The notes under the pieces are model-generated. The model worked only from the letters and a program-made list of their open reading frames with translations, was not told the DNA's origin and made no database searches. Below are positions 9,158-18,513 of a stretch of DNA of 64,000 nucleotides, piece after piece; the first letter of the stretch is position 1; every line of letters starts with the position of its first letter. This DNA is from Patescibacteria group bacterium (GTDB lineage: Bacteria; Patescibacteriota; Minisyncoccia; Phycocordibacterales; Phycocordibacteraceae): assembly GCA_018826905.1 (NCBI GenBank), contig JAHJYC010000002.1:14786-78785 (forward strand), written 5' to 3'. Made by a program: the position numbers and the translations under genes.

Positions 9158-9796
9158 TTATTGTGTTGAGAAGGCACGAATGGTTGTTTCCACCCACGCT
9201 TCGTTATCATTTGCCGGACTCTTGCTACCGAAGTCCTTCATAACAACGAGGTCTCCGGGACTGAATCGCGTGCTTATGACTTCTCCGCGGAGTGTCGTGA
9301 CGTGTGTCTCAACGTCCCTGTAGACCGTGGAGTCGTAGGTGCTAATGATCTCACCACCACCTTCCTCCCAAAATTTGAATTCATCCCCGATGGGAACAAA
9401 GCCAAGTTCTTCTTGAAGCCCGCGAAGCGCACATTCCTCGGGGGTCTCCCCGCGTTTGCGTGTCTCGCGAATCGTGAACTCTTGCAACTTCTTGATACGC
9501 TTGCCGCTTGGGTATGCACGTTCAACTTCAAGCCAGGTCGTGAAGATCTCCGGATTTGATACCAGGATAGTCACGTTCTGAGAGATGCGATGGATGCGAC
9601 AGGTATCTGGATCGCGCTGCACAATGACGTCCCGTTGCTGGGTTTCTTCGTACAGGTCTCGGAGTGTCTTTGCGCTGTTGCGCACGAACGCTTCAAGATT
9701 TATTAGCTTTCCAGTTTTAGTCTTTCCCGCGCTCATCAGACGCAAAAAGTCCTCGTAGGAGGACGTGTGGTCAATCGTTGGAATAAGATATCCCAT
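9158..9796 (-). CDS. Hypothetical protein with divergent Nudix-box
   Basis: RKRGETPEECALRGLQEELGF is close to the Nudix box Gx5Ex7REUxEExGU (compare MutT GETPEQAVVRELQEEVGI) but with RE->RG and first G replaced. Confidence 0.5.
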   Translation of the reverse strand: MGYLIPTIDHTSSYEDFLRLMSAGKTKTGKLINLEAFVRNSAKTLRDLYEETQQRDVIVQRDPDTCRIHRISQNVTILVSNPEIFTTWLEVERAYPSGKRIKKLQEFTIRETRKRGETPEECALRGLQEELGFVPIGDEFKFWEEGGGEIISTYDSTVYRDVETHVTTLRGEVISTRFSPGDLVVMKDFGSKSPANDNEAWVETTIRAFSTQ

Positions 9797-9875
9797 GGCC
9801 GTCCTCCTTTCTTTCTAATGGCGGTCCGGGGATATGGTACTCCTAACCCTTTCTTTTTGCAATTTATGTTGTCTT

Positions 9876-11501
9876 CTATGTGTTCTCTGCAAGAGGGAGC
9901 TCAACGATGAACTCACTTCCTTTTCCTAGGCCTTTGCTCTCAGCTTGGATTGTTCCTTCGTGTACTTCTGTGAAGCTTTTAACGAGTGCAAGTCCTATAC
10001 CTAAGCCCTTCTTTGTTCTCTCAGTGTCTCCAATCTGGTGAAAGGGAGTAAAGATATTCTCAAGACCTTCGGGAGAGATACCAATACCATTATCTTTAAT
10101 AGTTATTCGGGCAGTACCCTTCTTTTTCAGAAGGGTAATAGTAATAGCGTCTCCAGAGTCTGAGTACTTAGACGCATTAGTTATAAGATTTGAGAATATC
10201 TGTTCCAAACGAACAGCATCTCCATTAACAAACAGAGATTGAGAGAATCCCTTAAGGACAAGTGTCTGGTGCCGCTCTTTAATGTAATGGTCAGTGGCTT
10301 CCATTGCGCGCTTCAGGGTATCTGTAAGGGAGACTCGCTCTTTTGCGATGCTTATCTTTCCCTCTGAAATGCGAGAGACATCTAAGAGGTCATCTAGTAG
10401 ACGTCGTACTGTTCCCATACGACTGTGCATCACCTCAAGAAGTTCTTCATCTTCTTTGTCTGCAGTGCCTTTAAGTTTGAGAAGGTCAATGCCGCTCATG
10501 ATAGGAGCGAGCGGGTTGCGTAGTTCATGCGCGAGGATTGCGATGAAGTCATTCTTTGCTTTTGATTCTGTACTAATGCGCGCAATGGCGTTTTCAAGAG
10601 TAGCTAACTGCGAACGCATGAGGTTAGTGTTTAGTCTGCGGTCTTCCTCAAGAGACACAATTACATAGAAGATAATGGAGATTGTTATGAGGAAGGTCTC
10701 TGTCTCAAAAAGTACCTGAGGGAGTTCAGTGTCTGCTGTATAGAGGAGCGTGCTTAGGATAGCAAAAGCTGAGGTTATTAAAACAGCGAGTGTTACAAAA
10801 CGCGGACGGAGGCGGAGAGCAATCCAGAAGAAGGGAATGAAGATGAAATATAACAGTGGGATACCAAGAATAGTCTCCGTACCTCCAATAAATAGGAAAT
10901 AGTTAATAACTATAAGAATCGCAAACACAGCGAGTGTCTCAATGAGCTCAATAAGATGTCTTCCAAAAGCAGGTTTCGCACACCAGCGCAGTACAAAGGG
11001 GGTTGTTGCAAGCAGTACAAACAAAAGTGCTACATACCCACGCCCCCATTCAGCAGCTGAGACCGGTACGCCGTTCAGTACATACCAAGCAAGCAAAGCC
11101 GTTGGGGCTATAAAAGAAACCAACGCAAGCGTGGTTATGGTTCCAAAAGTATCCCTGTACCTTCTGAACAAAGGATCTATGTGCATCTTGCGGAGCAAGA
11201 AGGCTCCTGCAATTGCTTGAAACGTTTGAATAACAGCAATGCTTGTTGCCATGAGTAGTGAGAGATCTGCGTAGAGGCAGGCAAGCAGGGTACCTATGAA
11301 GATGAACGGCCAAAGACGTATACCACTAATAAAAAGACCTCCAAGTGCAATGCCCGCAGCAGGGAACAGAAACGCACTTGCGGGTAAGAATGCGAAAGCC
11401 GTAACGGCAACTGCTGTATAGGTGAGAAAGAGAAAGATTCCCTGAATAGACGTGCGAGGAGTGTAGAGGTAAGTGCTGAGATGGTTCACGAGGAAGCGCA
11501 T
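9876..11501 (-). CDS. Sensor histidine kinase with multi-TM N-terminal sensor domain
   Basis: ~9 predicted TM helices, then HisKA H-box ILAHELRNPL and HATPase_c N/G boxes (DNGIGI..., GLGIGLALVKSF). Confidence 0.85.
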   Translation of the reverse strand: MRFLVNHLSTYLYTPRTSIQGIFLFLTYTAVAVTAFAFLPASAFLFPAAGIALGGLFISGIRLWPFIFIGTLLACLYADLSLLMATSIAVIQTFQAIAGAFLLRKMHIDPLFRRYRDTFGTITTLALVSFIAPTALLAWYVLNGVPVSAAEWGRGYVALLFVLLATTPFVLRWCAKPAFGRHLIELIETLAVFAILIVINYFLFIGGTETILGIPLLYFIFIPFFWIALRLRPRFVTLAVLITSAFAILSTLLYTADTELPQVLFETETFLITISIIFYVIVSLEEDRRLNTNLMRSQLATLENAIARISTESKAKNDFIAILAHELRNPLAPIMSGIDLLKLKGTADKEDEELLEVMHSRMGTVRRLLDDLLDVSRISEGKISIAKERVSLTDTLKRAMEATDHYIKERHQTLVLKGFSQSLFVNGDAVRLEQIFSNLITNASKYSDSGDAITITLLKKKGTARITIKDNGIGISPEGLENIFTPFHQIGDTERTKKGLGIGLALVKSFTEVHEGTIQAESKGLGKGSEFIVELPLAENT

Positions 11502-11566
11502 GATGGGGAAAGTATAGCAAAATAAAATACCCCACTACGAGAGCGGGGTATGAGAGCAAGGAGCGG

Positions 11567-11989
11567 CTAGACTTGAATGAAGATGGCCATGCCGGGGCGA
11601 GAAAACATTTCTTCGTCCAGGTAAATGCCCCAGTCATCACAAAGGATTGCTCCTGGTGCCTGGGCGACTGGATTGGTTTGGCTAAGGCTTTCGCCGAGCA
11701 TCATTTTGGCGATAGCCAGATGGAGGTGGATCTGACGATGCGAATCATCAATTCCGACGTTGCTTCCGAAGGGAAGGCCACTCGCGTCGTGCAGTGCCTT
11801 GTGTGCTCCGTTCGCAGCCTCCAACAGGCTGTACAACTGCCGCTCATAGTCGGATAATTCTCCGACCTTACGACCTCCTTCAGGAGGCTTTGACTTTGGC
11901 GGCGTGTATTGATCAGGCGTGATCGTCTTCAGTTGCTCCGCGAGCGAGATGAGCGCATCTTCGCCAAACTTGGTAACTTCTTGGGTCAA
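11567..11989 (-). CDS. Hypothetical protein (locally elevated GC ~53-55%)
   Basis: 140-aa ORF; no motif recognised. Confidence 0.4.
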   Translation of the reverse strand: MTQEVTKFGEDALISLAEQLKTITPDQYTPPKSKPPEGGRKVGELSDYERQLYSLLEAANGAHKALHDASGLPFGSNVGIDDSHRQIHLHLAIAKMMLGESLSQTNPVAQAPGAILCDDWGIYLDEEMFSRPGMAIFIQV

Positions 11990-12079
11990 ATCATTTCCTC
12001 CAGCCCAACAGTTGCGGTGTGGGTCCAGTGAATTTATAACACAAATAATGCTGTTGGCAATGAATCTGCACGTTGGTGC

Positions 12080-12667
12080 TTACTTGTGCCCCCGTGCACG
12101 ACGCCTGGTAAAGACAATGTGTTCAAAGAGAAATGCCGCACAAACTGCACAGACAAGGAATATGGCGTAGATACTAACTGCCTCAGTGTAAGACATTGAA
12201 ATAGGAGGAAGAATAGCGAGTGAGATCGCTGAGGCCCAAGAGGTGATGGAAATAGCTCCAAGGGTGAACCCAAGTCGTCTGAGGCCTCGGGCACGTTTGT
12301 TGGTGAGTATCTTCTTGTCTCCAAGGCGCGGGAACACATAGCGATGCAGGAGCCAACCATTTCCAGTAAGTACTAGAACAACGGTCATCTTGGTGAGGAA
12401 TTTTGAAGATGCCAAATAACCCTCTGGATTGGAAAGGAATATAAGTGCCCCTGTTGTGATTATGACGAGGAGGGTGAAGGTAACGACGCGCGAGAGGAAA
12501 CGCAAGGTTGTAATTTCAAATCGTGAAAGAATACGATTGAAGCCAAAGCGGAGGGCAAGGATATCAGCTGAAATAGCAGCACCCATACCAGTGACCACCG
12601 CAAGCACGTGGGCAATAACAAATACGAACTTATATTCTGCAATGAAAACGACAGGTTCTAGCAGCAT
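12080..12667 (-). CDS. Hypothetical integral membrane protein
   Basis: 195 aa, ~5 TM segments. Confidence 0.5.
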   Translation of the reverse strand: MLLEPVVFIAEYKFVFVIAHVLAVVTGMGAAISADILALRFGFNRILSRFEITTLRFLSRVVTFTLLVIITTGALIFLSNPEGYLASSKFLTKMTVVLVLTGNGWLLHRYVFPRLGDKKILTNKRARGLRRLGFTLGAISITSWASAISLAILPPISMSYTEAVSIYAIFLVCAVCAAFLFEHIVFTRRRARGHK

Positions 12668-12735
12668 GACTTTACAATAGTATGTACTAAAGAGCGCATA
12701 ATTTCTACACGGTTACGTGAGTAGTATACAAGCGG

Positions 12736-13218
12736 TCACGGTGTTGGATTCTCTTTTACCTTAGCAAGAACGAGCCGTGGCTCTCCGTCACCCCAATAGT
12801 TTTCTTTACGTTCTTCCACTGTAAACCCGAGGCCTTCATATAGTTTAAGAGCCGGATTGTCTGGGTGCGTTACGAGATCTATGCGCTCTGCATCAGGGTA
12901 CTTTGCAAGCACTCCCTTAATTGCATTTGTAGCAATACCTCTTCCTTGGTATTCAGTCCGAACAATAATACCGCTTATATAAATATGATCAGGAGACTTC
13001 TCTTCGTACGCAATACTTCCAACCGGTGTGTCTCCGAGTTTGAGTATCTCTACTATATTTTCAGCAAGTTCTTTTTTCCACGCATGTTCAGTAACCATCG
13101 GGGAGTAGATCCTTGTCTTCTGCACACTTTTCTCAATATCAATAAGAACTGCAATATCAGCCTCTGATGCTTTACGTGTAGAGAGAGTAGGCTGTTCGTG
13201 CTTTTCCATACTATTCAT
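12736..13218 (-). CDS. GNAT family N-acetyltransferase
   Basis: IVRTEYQGRGIATNAIKGVL (motif A Q/RxxGxG/A) and downstream motif B. Confidence 0.8.
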   Translation of the reverse strand: MNSMEKHEQPTLSTRKASEADIAVLIDIEKSVQKTRIYSPMVTEHAWKKELAENIVEILKLGDTPVGSIAYEEKSPDHIYISGIIVRTEYQGRGIATNAIKGVLAKYPDAERIDLVTHPDNPALKLYEGLGFTVEERKENYWGDGEPRLVLAKVKENPTP

Positions 13219-13333
13219 ATACGGGTAAGAATAGCATCTGTCTCTGGGAGTTTAATCGGGCGGCTACACTCACGCTCGCTTCATGGGCGGCATGTCACTC
13301 TGTACGTATATCGTAGCTATAAATTCTTTTTAA

Positions 13334-13837
13334 ATGAAACTACCTGAAAAACTATCGCACTATAAAAGCAAAAGAATGCTGTTGCTTGTGTCTGGCAAGC
13401 AGGAGATGCTGATCTACACATTGAAGGATGCAGAAATAGAAGAGAGAAAGCATTTTAGAATAGAAAACCCCACGTATTCTGATAATGAGGGACACTTTAA
13501 AGTCCGCACTGGAGGGAAGGTAATGCGCTCCGGAAGTGTGCGTGAGACTGATGATCGCGAGATTATCGTAAAGTTTAAGAATGAGATAGCAAGCAATCTT
13601 GATGAAATAAAACAAACCTTTGATGAGGTGTATATCTCAGCACCAGGAAAAACAAAGAATGAAATTCTAGAAGCGCTCCCAATAGATATAAAGGAGAAGG
13701 TAACAAAGACTATTGTAGGGAACTATTGCTCTCTTTCTCCAATTGAAATATTGGATCTGTTTTCAGAAGAGGAAGAAGATGAGATCCAAGAAGCTGAAGT
13801 ACGGAAGATTCTCAAGAAGAATAATCAGGTTACGTAG
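13334..13837 (+). CDS. Hypothetical protein adjacent to island boundary
   Basis: 167 aa, acidic C-terminus; followed by hairpin gccaatcta-agattc-tagattggc at ~13845-13868. Confidence 0.5.
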   Translation: MKLPEKLSHYKSKRMLLLVSGKQEMLIYTLKDAEIEERKHFRIENPTYSDNEGHFKVRTGGKVMRSGSVRETDDREIIVKFKNEIASNLDEIKQTFDEVYISAPGKTKNEILEALPIDIKEKVTKTIVGNYCSLSPIEILDLFSEEEEDEIQEAEVRKILKKNNQVT

Positions 13838-13930
13838 GGTTTTGCCAATCTAAGATTCTAGATTGGCATCTTAAAACTATTTAGTAGATAAAGACGAAAC
13901 CGGCGTTTTCACGTCGGTCCGTTCTACTTT

Positions 13931-13961
13931 GCTCCGCGGGCAGGGCAGTTTTCGAACCTGG
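13931..13961 (-). repeat. Degenerate copy of the 3' end (acceptor + T-arm) of tRNA-Asn: distal att-like repeat
   Basis: CTCCGCGGGCAGG + 5-nt insertion + TTCGAACCTG matches plus-strand tRNA-Asn 18876-18900; preceded by ctactttg also present in second copy. Confidence 0.6.
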
Positions 13962-14125
13962 AATTGGGCAGAAATATATCCTGATCTTGACTACACCCTT
14001 AAAGAGATTGGCGCCCCGCTGAGTATTTGAGACCCGCATAACGCTTAAATGAAGTCCGAGGATGTTACAGGCTATGCAGAGTCTGACATCGCTGATTTCG
14101 TGTGCTCGGTGCTACACTTTTCCCT

Positions 14126-16861
14126 ATGATCAGTTTGAATGAGATACGGTCCCGAGCGCGAGCATTTACGATTGAATGGAAGGAGGAGGAGCGAGAAGAT
14201 GCCGAGGCAAAGTCATTCTGGGATGAGTTTTTTAATATATTTGGTGTATCTCGTCGTCGTGTCGCTTCTTTTGAATATTTTGTGCATAAGCAAGACGGCG
14301 CACAGGGCTTCGTTGACGTTCTATGGAAGGGTGTAATGCTCGCAGAGCATAAATCCAAGGGCATGAGCCTGGACAAGGCCTATACTCAGGCAAAAGACTA
14401 TTTTCCTGGCTTGAAAGATGCTGAACTACCTCGCTATGTTGTTGTATCTGACTTTGCACGCATACGGCTATATGACCTCGAAGAAGGTACGCAAGATGAA
14501 TTTCCGTTAGATGACCTGCATAAGCATGTTGAACAATTCGGTTTTATTTCTGGATATGAAGTGCAACGTTATGAAGAGGAAGAAGCCGCCAGTATCAAAG
14601 CTGCTCAACTCATGGCTGAATTCCACAACGAGATTGCCAAAACTGGATACCAAAGGCATGATCTCGAAGTATTTTTGGTGCGCATTCTATTCTGTCTTTT
14701 TGCTGATGACACAGAAATTTTTCCACGAAATCACTTCCGTACATACATTGAACAGCGAACGAATGAAGATGGTAGTGACTTGGGAAGCAGGTTGTTAGAG
14801 TTGTTCGATATCCTTAACAGACCTGAAGACCAGCGGCAGACAAACATTGATGAACAACTAGCCGCATTCCCGTACATCAACGGAGCGGTCTTTGGTGAAA
14901 GAATTGCATCTATATCTCTCGATAGAGCTGCACGAGAAACGTTACTAAAGTGTTGTGCGTTTGATTGGTCAGCAATTTCTGCTGCAATCTTTGGGTCTCT
15001 CTTCCAGGGTGTGATGGATGATGAGGAGCGTCGCCAATTGGGAGCGCACTACACTTCAGAAATTAACATTCGTAGAGTAATTGAGCCTCTATTTCTGGAC
15101 GAGCTATACAATGAATTCGATAGAGCTAAAAGGAGCCAGCAAAGACTAGAGACATTCCATAAAAAGCTAACCAACCTGAAGTTCCTTGATCCCGCCTGCG
15201 GCTGCGGAAACTTTTTGGTGACCACTTATCGTGAACTACGTAAATTAGAGCTGCAAATTCTAAAAAGACTTCGGAAACCTAAAGAAATGAGCCTGGCTAT
15301 GTTTGGTGCAGACGAGCTGTCTAAAATTCATGTAAATCAATTCTATGGTATTGAGATTGAGGAGTTTCCAGCACTAATTGCACGTACTGCAATGTACCTT
15401 GCCGATCATCAGGCAAATCAGGAGCTTTCCAAAGAGTTTGGGGTTATCTTTGCGCGCATCCCGTTGGAGGAGCCTGCGACCATAATTAATGATAATGCTC
15501 TTACTGTTGATTGGTCAGAAATAGTTAGTCCAAAGAACCTCAGTTACATAATCGGCAACCCTCCTTTCTATGGCGCAAGATTCATGAACAAAGCGCAAAA
15601 AGCAGACTTAACTGCAGTCTTTCCAAAGGGAATGAAGAAGGTTGGCGATCTAGATTTTGTTACAGGATGGTATGCAAAGGCCTCAGAATACATCCAAGGT
15701 ACCCAAATTGGAGTAGGTCTAGTGTCAACCAACTCAATTACCCAGGGTGAACAGGTTGCAACCCTTTGGGGCTATCTTACCGAGAAGTTTGACATACATA
15801 TCAATTTTGCTCACCGAACCTTCAAATGGACGAATGACGCTAAAGGGAAAGCGGCCGTACATTGTGTGGTGATTGGATTCAGTTGCGTAAATGCTGAGAA
15901 GAAATACCTTTATGAATATCCATCAATAAGCGGCGACCCTGTCGAAAAAGAAGTCGAGACAATAAATGCATATCTAGTAAATGCAGCACAAGTGCTGGTT
16001 ACTGGTAGAAGGAAGCCTCTTTGCGACGCGCCTTTGATGGCCATGGGCAACCAGCCTATTGATGAGGGTAACTATATTTTTACAACTAAAGAAAAAGATG
16101 AATTTCTTGCCAAGGAACCTGGAGCAGAAAAATTCTTTTATAAATGGCTGAGCTCCTACGAGTTTATTAATGGTTATGAAAAATGGTGTTTATACCTAGG
16201 TAAAGCCGATCCAAGCGAATTAAGACAGTTGCCATTTGTATTAGAAAGAATTGAAAATGTAAGGAACAGTAGGTTACAAAGCAAAAGAGAGGCGACACTG
16301 AAACTGGCTTCTACACCAACCAAATTTCAGACAGAAAACATTCCTACAGAATCGTATATGGTTATCCCTGAAGTGTCTTCGGAGAATAGGCGCTACATAC
16401 CAATGTCCATGTTGCCACCTAGTACTCTTGTGAATAACAAGTTGCGTATTATCAGGGATGCTTCCTTATTCCACTTCGGAGTGCTTACTTCAGAAATGCA
16501 TATGGCTTGGACGCGGGCGGTAACAGGAAGATTGAAGAGCGACTTTCAGTACTCAATATTTATTGTTTACAATAATTTTCCATGGCCTCCTCGCACAGAG
16601 TTAGGTCATCTCTATGAGCAGGCAAGGATGAGAATTGAGGCTGCTGCTCAAGAGGTGCTGGATGCGCGCAGCTTGTTCCCAAGTTCATCACTCGCCGACC
16701 TATACGATTCAAATACAATGCCACCTGAACTTACAAAGGCTCATGACAGGTTGAATCGAGCTGTTGATGCCGCTTATGGATTCAATTCTAGAAAAAGCGA
16801 ACCAGAGAGATTGGAATTCCTTTTTGATCTATATACGAAGTACCTTACTGACAGCTCTTAG
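14126..16861 (+). CDS. MmeI-family Type IIL restriction-modification enzyme (fused PD-(D/E)XK endonuclease + gamma-class N6-adenine methyltransferase + TRD)
   Basis: Collinear similarity to MmeI recalled from memory: N-terminal D-X9-E-X-K (FVDVLWKGVMLAEHKSKG); LVRILFCLFADDTEIF; AFPYINGAVF; SAM motif I FLDPACGCGNFL; motif IV IIGNPPFYG; C-terminal TRD. Start chosen at MISLNEIR (14126) by alignment to MmeI N-terminus; ORF opens at 14102. Confidence 0.9.
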   Translation: MISLNEIRSRARAFTIEWKEEEREDAEAKSFWDEFFNIFGVSRRRVASFEYFVHKQDGAQGFVDVLWKGVMLAEHKSKGMSLDKAYTQAKDYFPGLKDAELPRYVVVSDFARIRLYDLEEGTQDEFPLDDLHKHVEQFGFISGYEVQRYEEEEAASIKAAQLMAEFHNEIAKTGYQRHDLEVFLVRILFCLFADDTEIFPRNHFRTYIEQRTNEDGSDLGSRLLELFDILNRPEDQRQTNIDEQLAAFPYINGAVFGERIASISLDRAARETLLKCCAFDWSAISAAIFGSLFQGVMDDEERRQLGAHYTSEINIRRVIEPLFLDELYNEFDRAKRSQQRLETFHKKLTNLKFLDPACGCGNFLVTTYRELRKLELQILKRLRKPKEMSLAMFGADELSKIHVNQFYGIEIEEFPALIARTAMYLADHQANQELSKEFGVIFARIPLEEPATIINDNALTVDWSEIVSPKNLSYIIGNPPFYGARFMNKAQKADLTAVFPKGMKKVGDLDFVTGWYAKASEYIQGTQIGVGLVSTNSITQGEQVATLWGYLTEKFDIHINFAHRTFKWTNDAKGKAAVHCVVIGFSCVNAEKKYLYEYPSISGDPVEKEVETINAYLVNAAQVLVTGRRKPLCDAPLMAMGNQPIDEGNYIFTTKEKDEFLAKEPGAEKFFYKWLSSYEFINGYEKWCLYLGKADPSELRQLPFVLERIENVRNSRLQSKREATLKLASTPTKFQTENIPTESYMVIPEVSSENRRYIPMSMLPPSTLVNNKLRIIRDASLFHFGVLTSEMHMAWTRAVTGRLKSDFQYSIFIVYNNFPWPPRTELGHLYEQARMRIEAAAQEVLDARSLFPSSSLADLYDSNTMPPELTKAHDRLNRAVDAAYGFNSRKSEPERLEFLFDLYTKYLTDSS

Positions 16862-16996
16862 GGACTGGCCGAGACCAACATAGCGTTACAAGAGAAGGTG
16901 TCTTTGATTCGTAAGATGTCCTCCGCTCAATGCAAGTTCGAACCATAGAAATCTTTGCAAACAAAGGGCAAGAGACGGCTTCCGCCGCCTCTTGCC

Positions 16997-17030
16997 CTAC
17001 TTTGCTCCGCGGATGGGACGTGTTTGGAAC
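16997..17030 (-). repeat. Second, more degenerate tRNA-Asn 3'-end-like repeat between the two islets
   Basis: ctactttgCTCCGCGGatgggacgtgTTTGGAACtc: shares exact 16-mer ctactttgctccgcgg with the 13923-13938 copy; nearby 16932-16948 gcaagttcgaaccatag is T-loop-like. Confidence 0.45.
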
Positions 17031-17085
17031 TCTAGATTGGAGAAAATCAATAGTGATCTTGGCTTTTATAAGCCATTCTTTGGTC

Positions 17086-17796
17086 CTATGGCTCAACCGT
17101 AAACTCTCCCTGAACAATTGGACACATCTTTTGTACTTCTTCTAGTTTTTTAATAAAGAGTGTCTTCCAGTCTTGGAATATCGGCTTAATGATTTCCTCC
17201 CATTCAAAAATAGATATTACAGGTAATTGTGATACGTGTGGCGAAAACCCGCTGAAGAAATTATCTCCGAGAGTTACTTTTGTAGGTCCTGGGAAAAGAT
17301 TTAGAATTGATCTAACTATAGTCTCCGGGTTGTCGTCTTTAAAAGAGTAAGTGTATGCGGTATGAGCAATTACCTTATTTCGGAAGGTTCGGACGGGTTT
17401 AAACCTCTTCTTGAGTGTTTTGCATGCATCATCCGTTAAGTTCACTTGTCCGGCTGATGCTTCTTTCAAAAGAGTAGACATTCGATCGTATTCAAAAATA
17501 AGAATATCCTCCATTAAACAGAGCTGATTCACATATCCCTGAGTCCTCGATCCTAGTCTAATTCCAAGTCTGTCTATATCGTCTATGTTCTCTTGAGAAT
17601 ATCCATGCTCATTTCTGCGGGATTTAACTGCCGTATGGGTCTTGTTGAAATCTTCAAGCGCCTCACCAAATAACCAATTTGTGGCATCAAAGAGTTTCTC
17701 TAAGGGATCCATAGAGATAATATTTGGAACATAGATGACGGTATTCTTTGAACCATCACGAACCTTGATCTTATATTGGTCGATTTCTCTGAACAT
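17086..17796 (-). CDS. HEPN-like (Abi-like) protein with Rx5H motif
   Basis: 236 aa; ...RTFRNKVIAHTAY... fits HEPN Rx4-6H motif (as in AbiD/F/U2-type proteins); 3 nt downstream of the Ymh-like gene (operon). Confidence 0.55.
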   Translation of the reverse strand: MFREIDQYKIKVRDGSKNTVIYVPNIISMDPLEKLFDATNWLFGEALEDFNKTHTAVKSRRNEHGYSQENIDDIDRLGIRLGSRTQGYVNQLCLMEDILIFEYDRMSTLLKEASAGQVNLTDDACKTLKKRFKPVRTFRNKVIAHTAYTYSFKDDNPETIVRSILNLFPGPTKVTLGDNFFSGFSPHVSQLPVISIFEWEEIIKPIFQDWKTLFIKKLEEVQKMCPIVQGEFTVEP

Positions 17797-17799
17797 TAT

Positions 17800-18513
17800 T
17801 TATTTGATAGATTCCACAATGCGCAGAAGTTGATTAGCAATATGGATTATATCTGCCGCTTCTTTAGGGTCTTCAAATGTAACGTCGCGGTGGCTTGAAG
17901 GATTTTTGTACGTTCCGATTGCCCCTGAAAAAAGATCCATCCGAGCCTGCTGTTCACCGGGATGAGATAACCTATCAACGAGTGGGGCTGAGGGAGGGCC
18001 AAATGCCTTTTTCATTAGATCAACCCCAATCTCCTTATCCGAAAGACCTGACTTTGCTCGCACACGCACCTCAACCTCTTTAAATGCTTGGAAGACAGCA
18101 GTGTCGTAGTCGCCACTTATAAAGGATTGTTTTACCTTTCTTACAAGTATTGGGTCCAAGCCCTCGGACGGAAGAAGGTAGCCTTTCTTGTAGGTCTCAA
18201 AATCTTCGGACTCAAGTACTTTCTTACCTCGCGGAGTTATAAAAGCCCATTCGCCTCCTGCGCCTGGTTGCGGAGCTACGAAAAGCTCCTTCTCAAGCCA
18301 CATCCATGCCATCGCAAAACGTTCCATTATTCGGTCTCTGTTACCGCCTGACCAACTTATGAAATCGGAGTCCGTACCAAGCAGGAAGTTGTAGCGATTC
18401 AGTTGACCGCGCCCTGCCTGACTTAAATGTTTTAAGACTAGTGGCCCAAGATCTTCCGGTTCCATATCAATAACGACTTCCGGGAGTGGAAAAGTCTCTG
18501 AGTAGTGAGCCAT
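17800..18513 (-). CDS. Hypoth_Ymh / TIGR02391-like protein (HEPN superfamily, RM/Abi-associated)
   Basis: 237 aa; C-terminal GAIGTYKNPSSHRDVTFEDPKEAADIIHIANQLL resembles the conserved C-terminal block of the Ymh family. Confidence 0.5.
   Translation of the reverse strand: MAHYSETFPLPEVVIDMEPEDLGPLVLKHLSQAGRGQLNRYNFLLGTDSDFISWSGGNRDRIMERFAMAWMWLEKELFVAPQPGAGGEWAFITPRGKKVLESEDFETYKKGYLLPSEGLDPILVRKVKQSFISGDYDTAVFQAFKEVEVRVRAKSGLSDKEIGVDLMKKAFGPPSAPLVDRLSHPGEQQARMDLFSGAIGTYKNPSSHRDVTFEDPKEAADIIHIANQLLRIVESIK

Noticed and set aside
12429-12680. Several 60-100 aa ORFs antisense to well-supported genes (e.g. 12429-12680 +, 8036-8245 +, 10294-10668 +, 34833-35075 +)
   Set aside because: They lie entirely within, and antisense to, longer ORFs with clear homology. 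Their composition is Arg/Ser-rich, typical of antisense frames, and they have no RBS.
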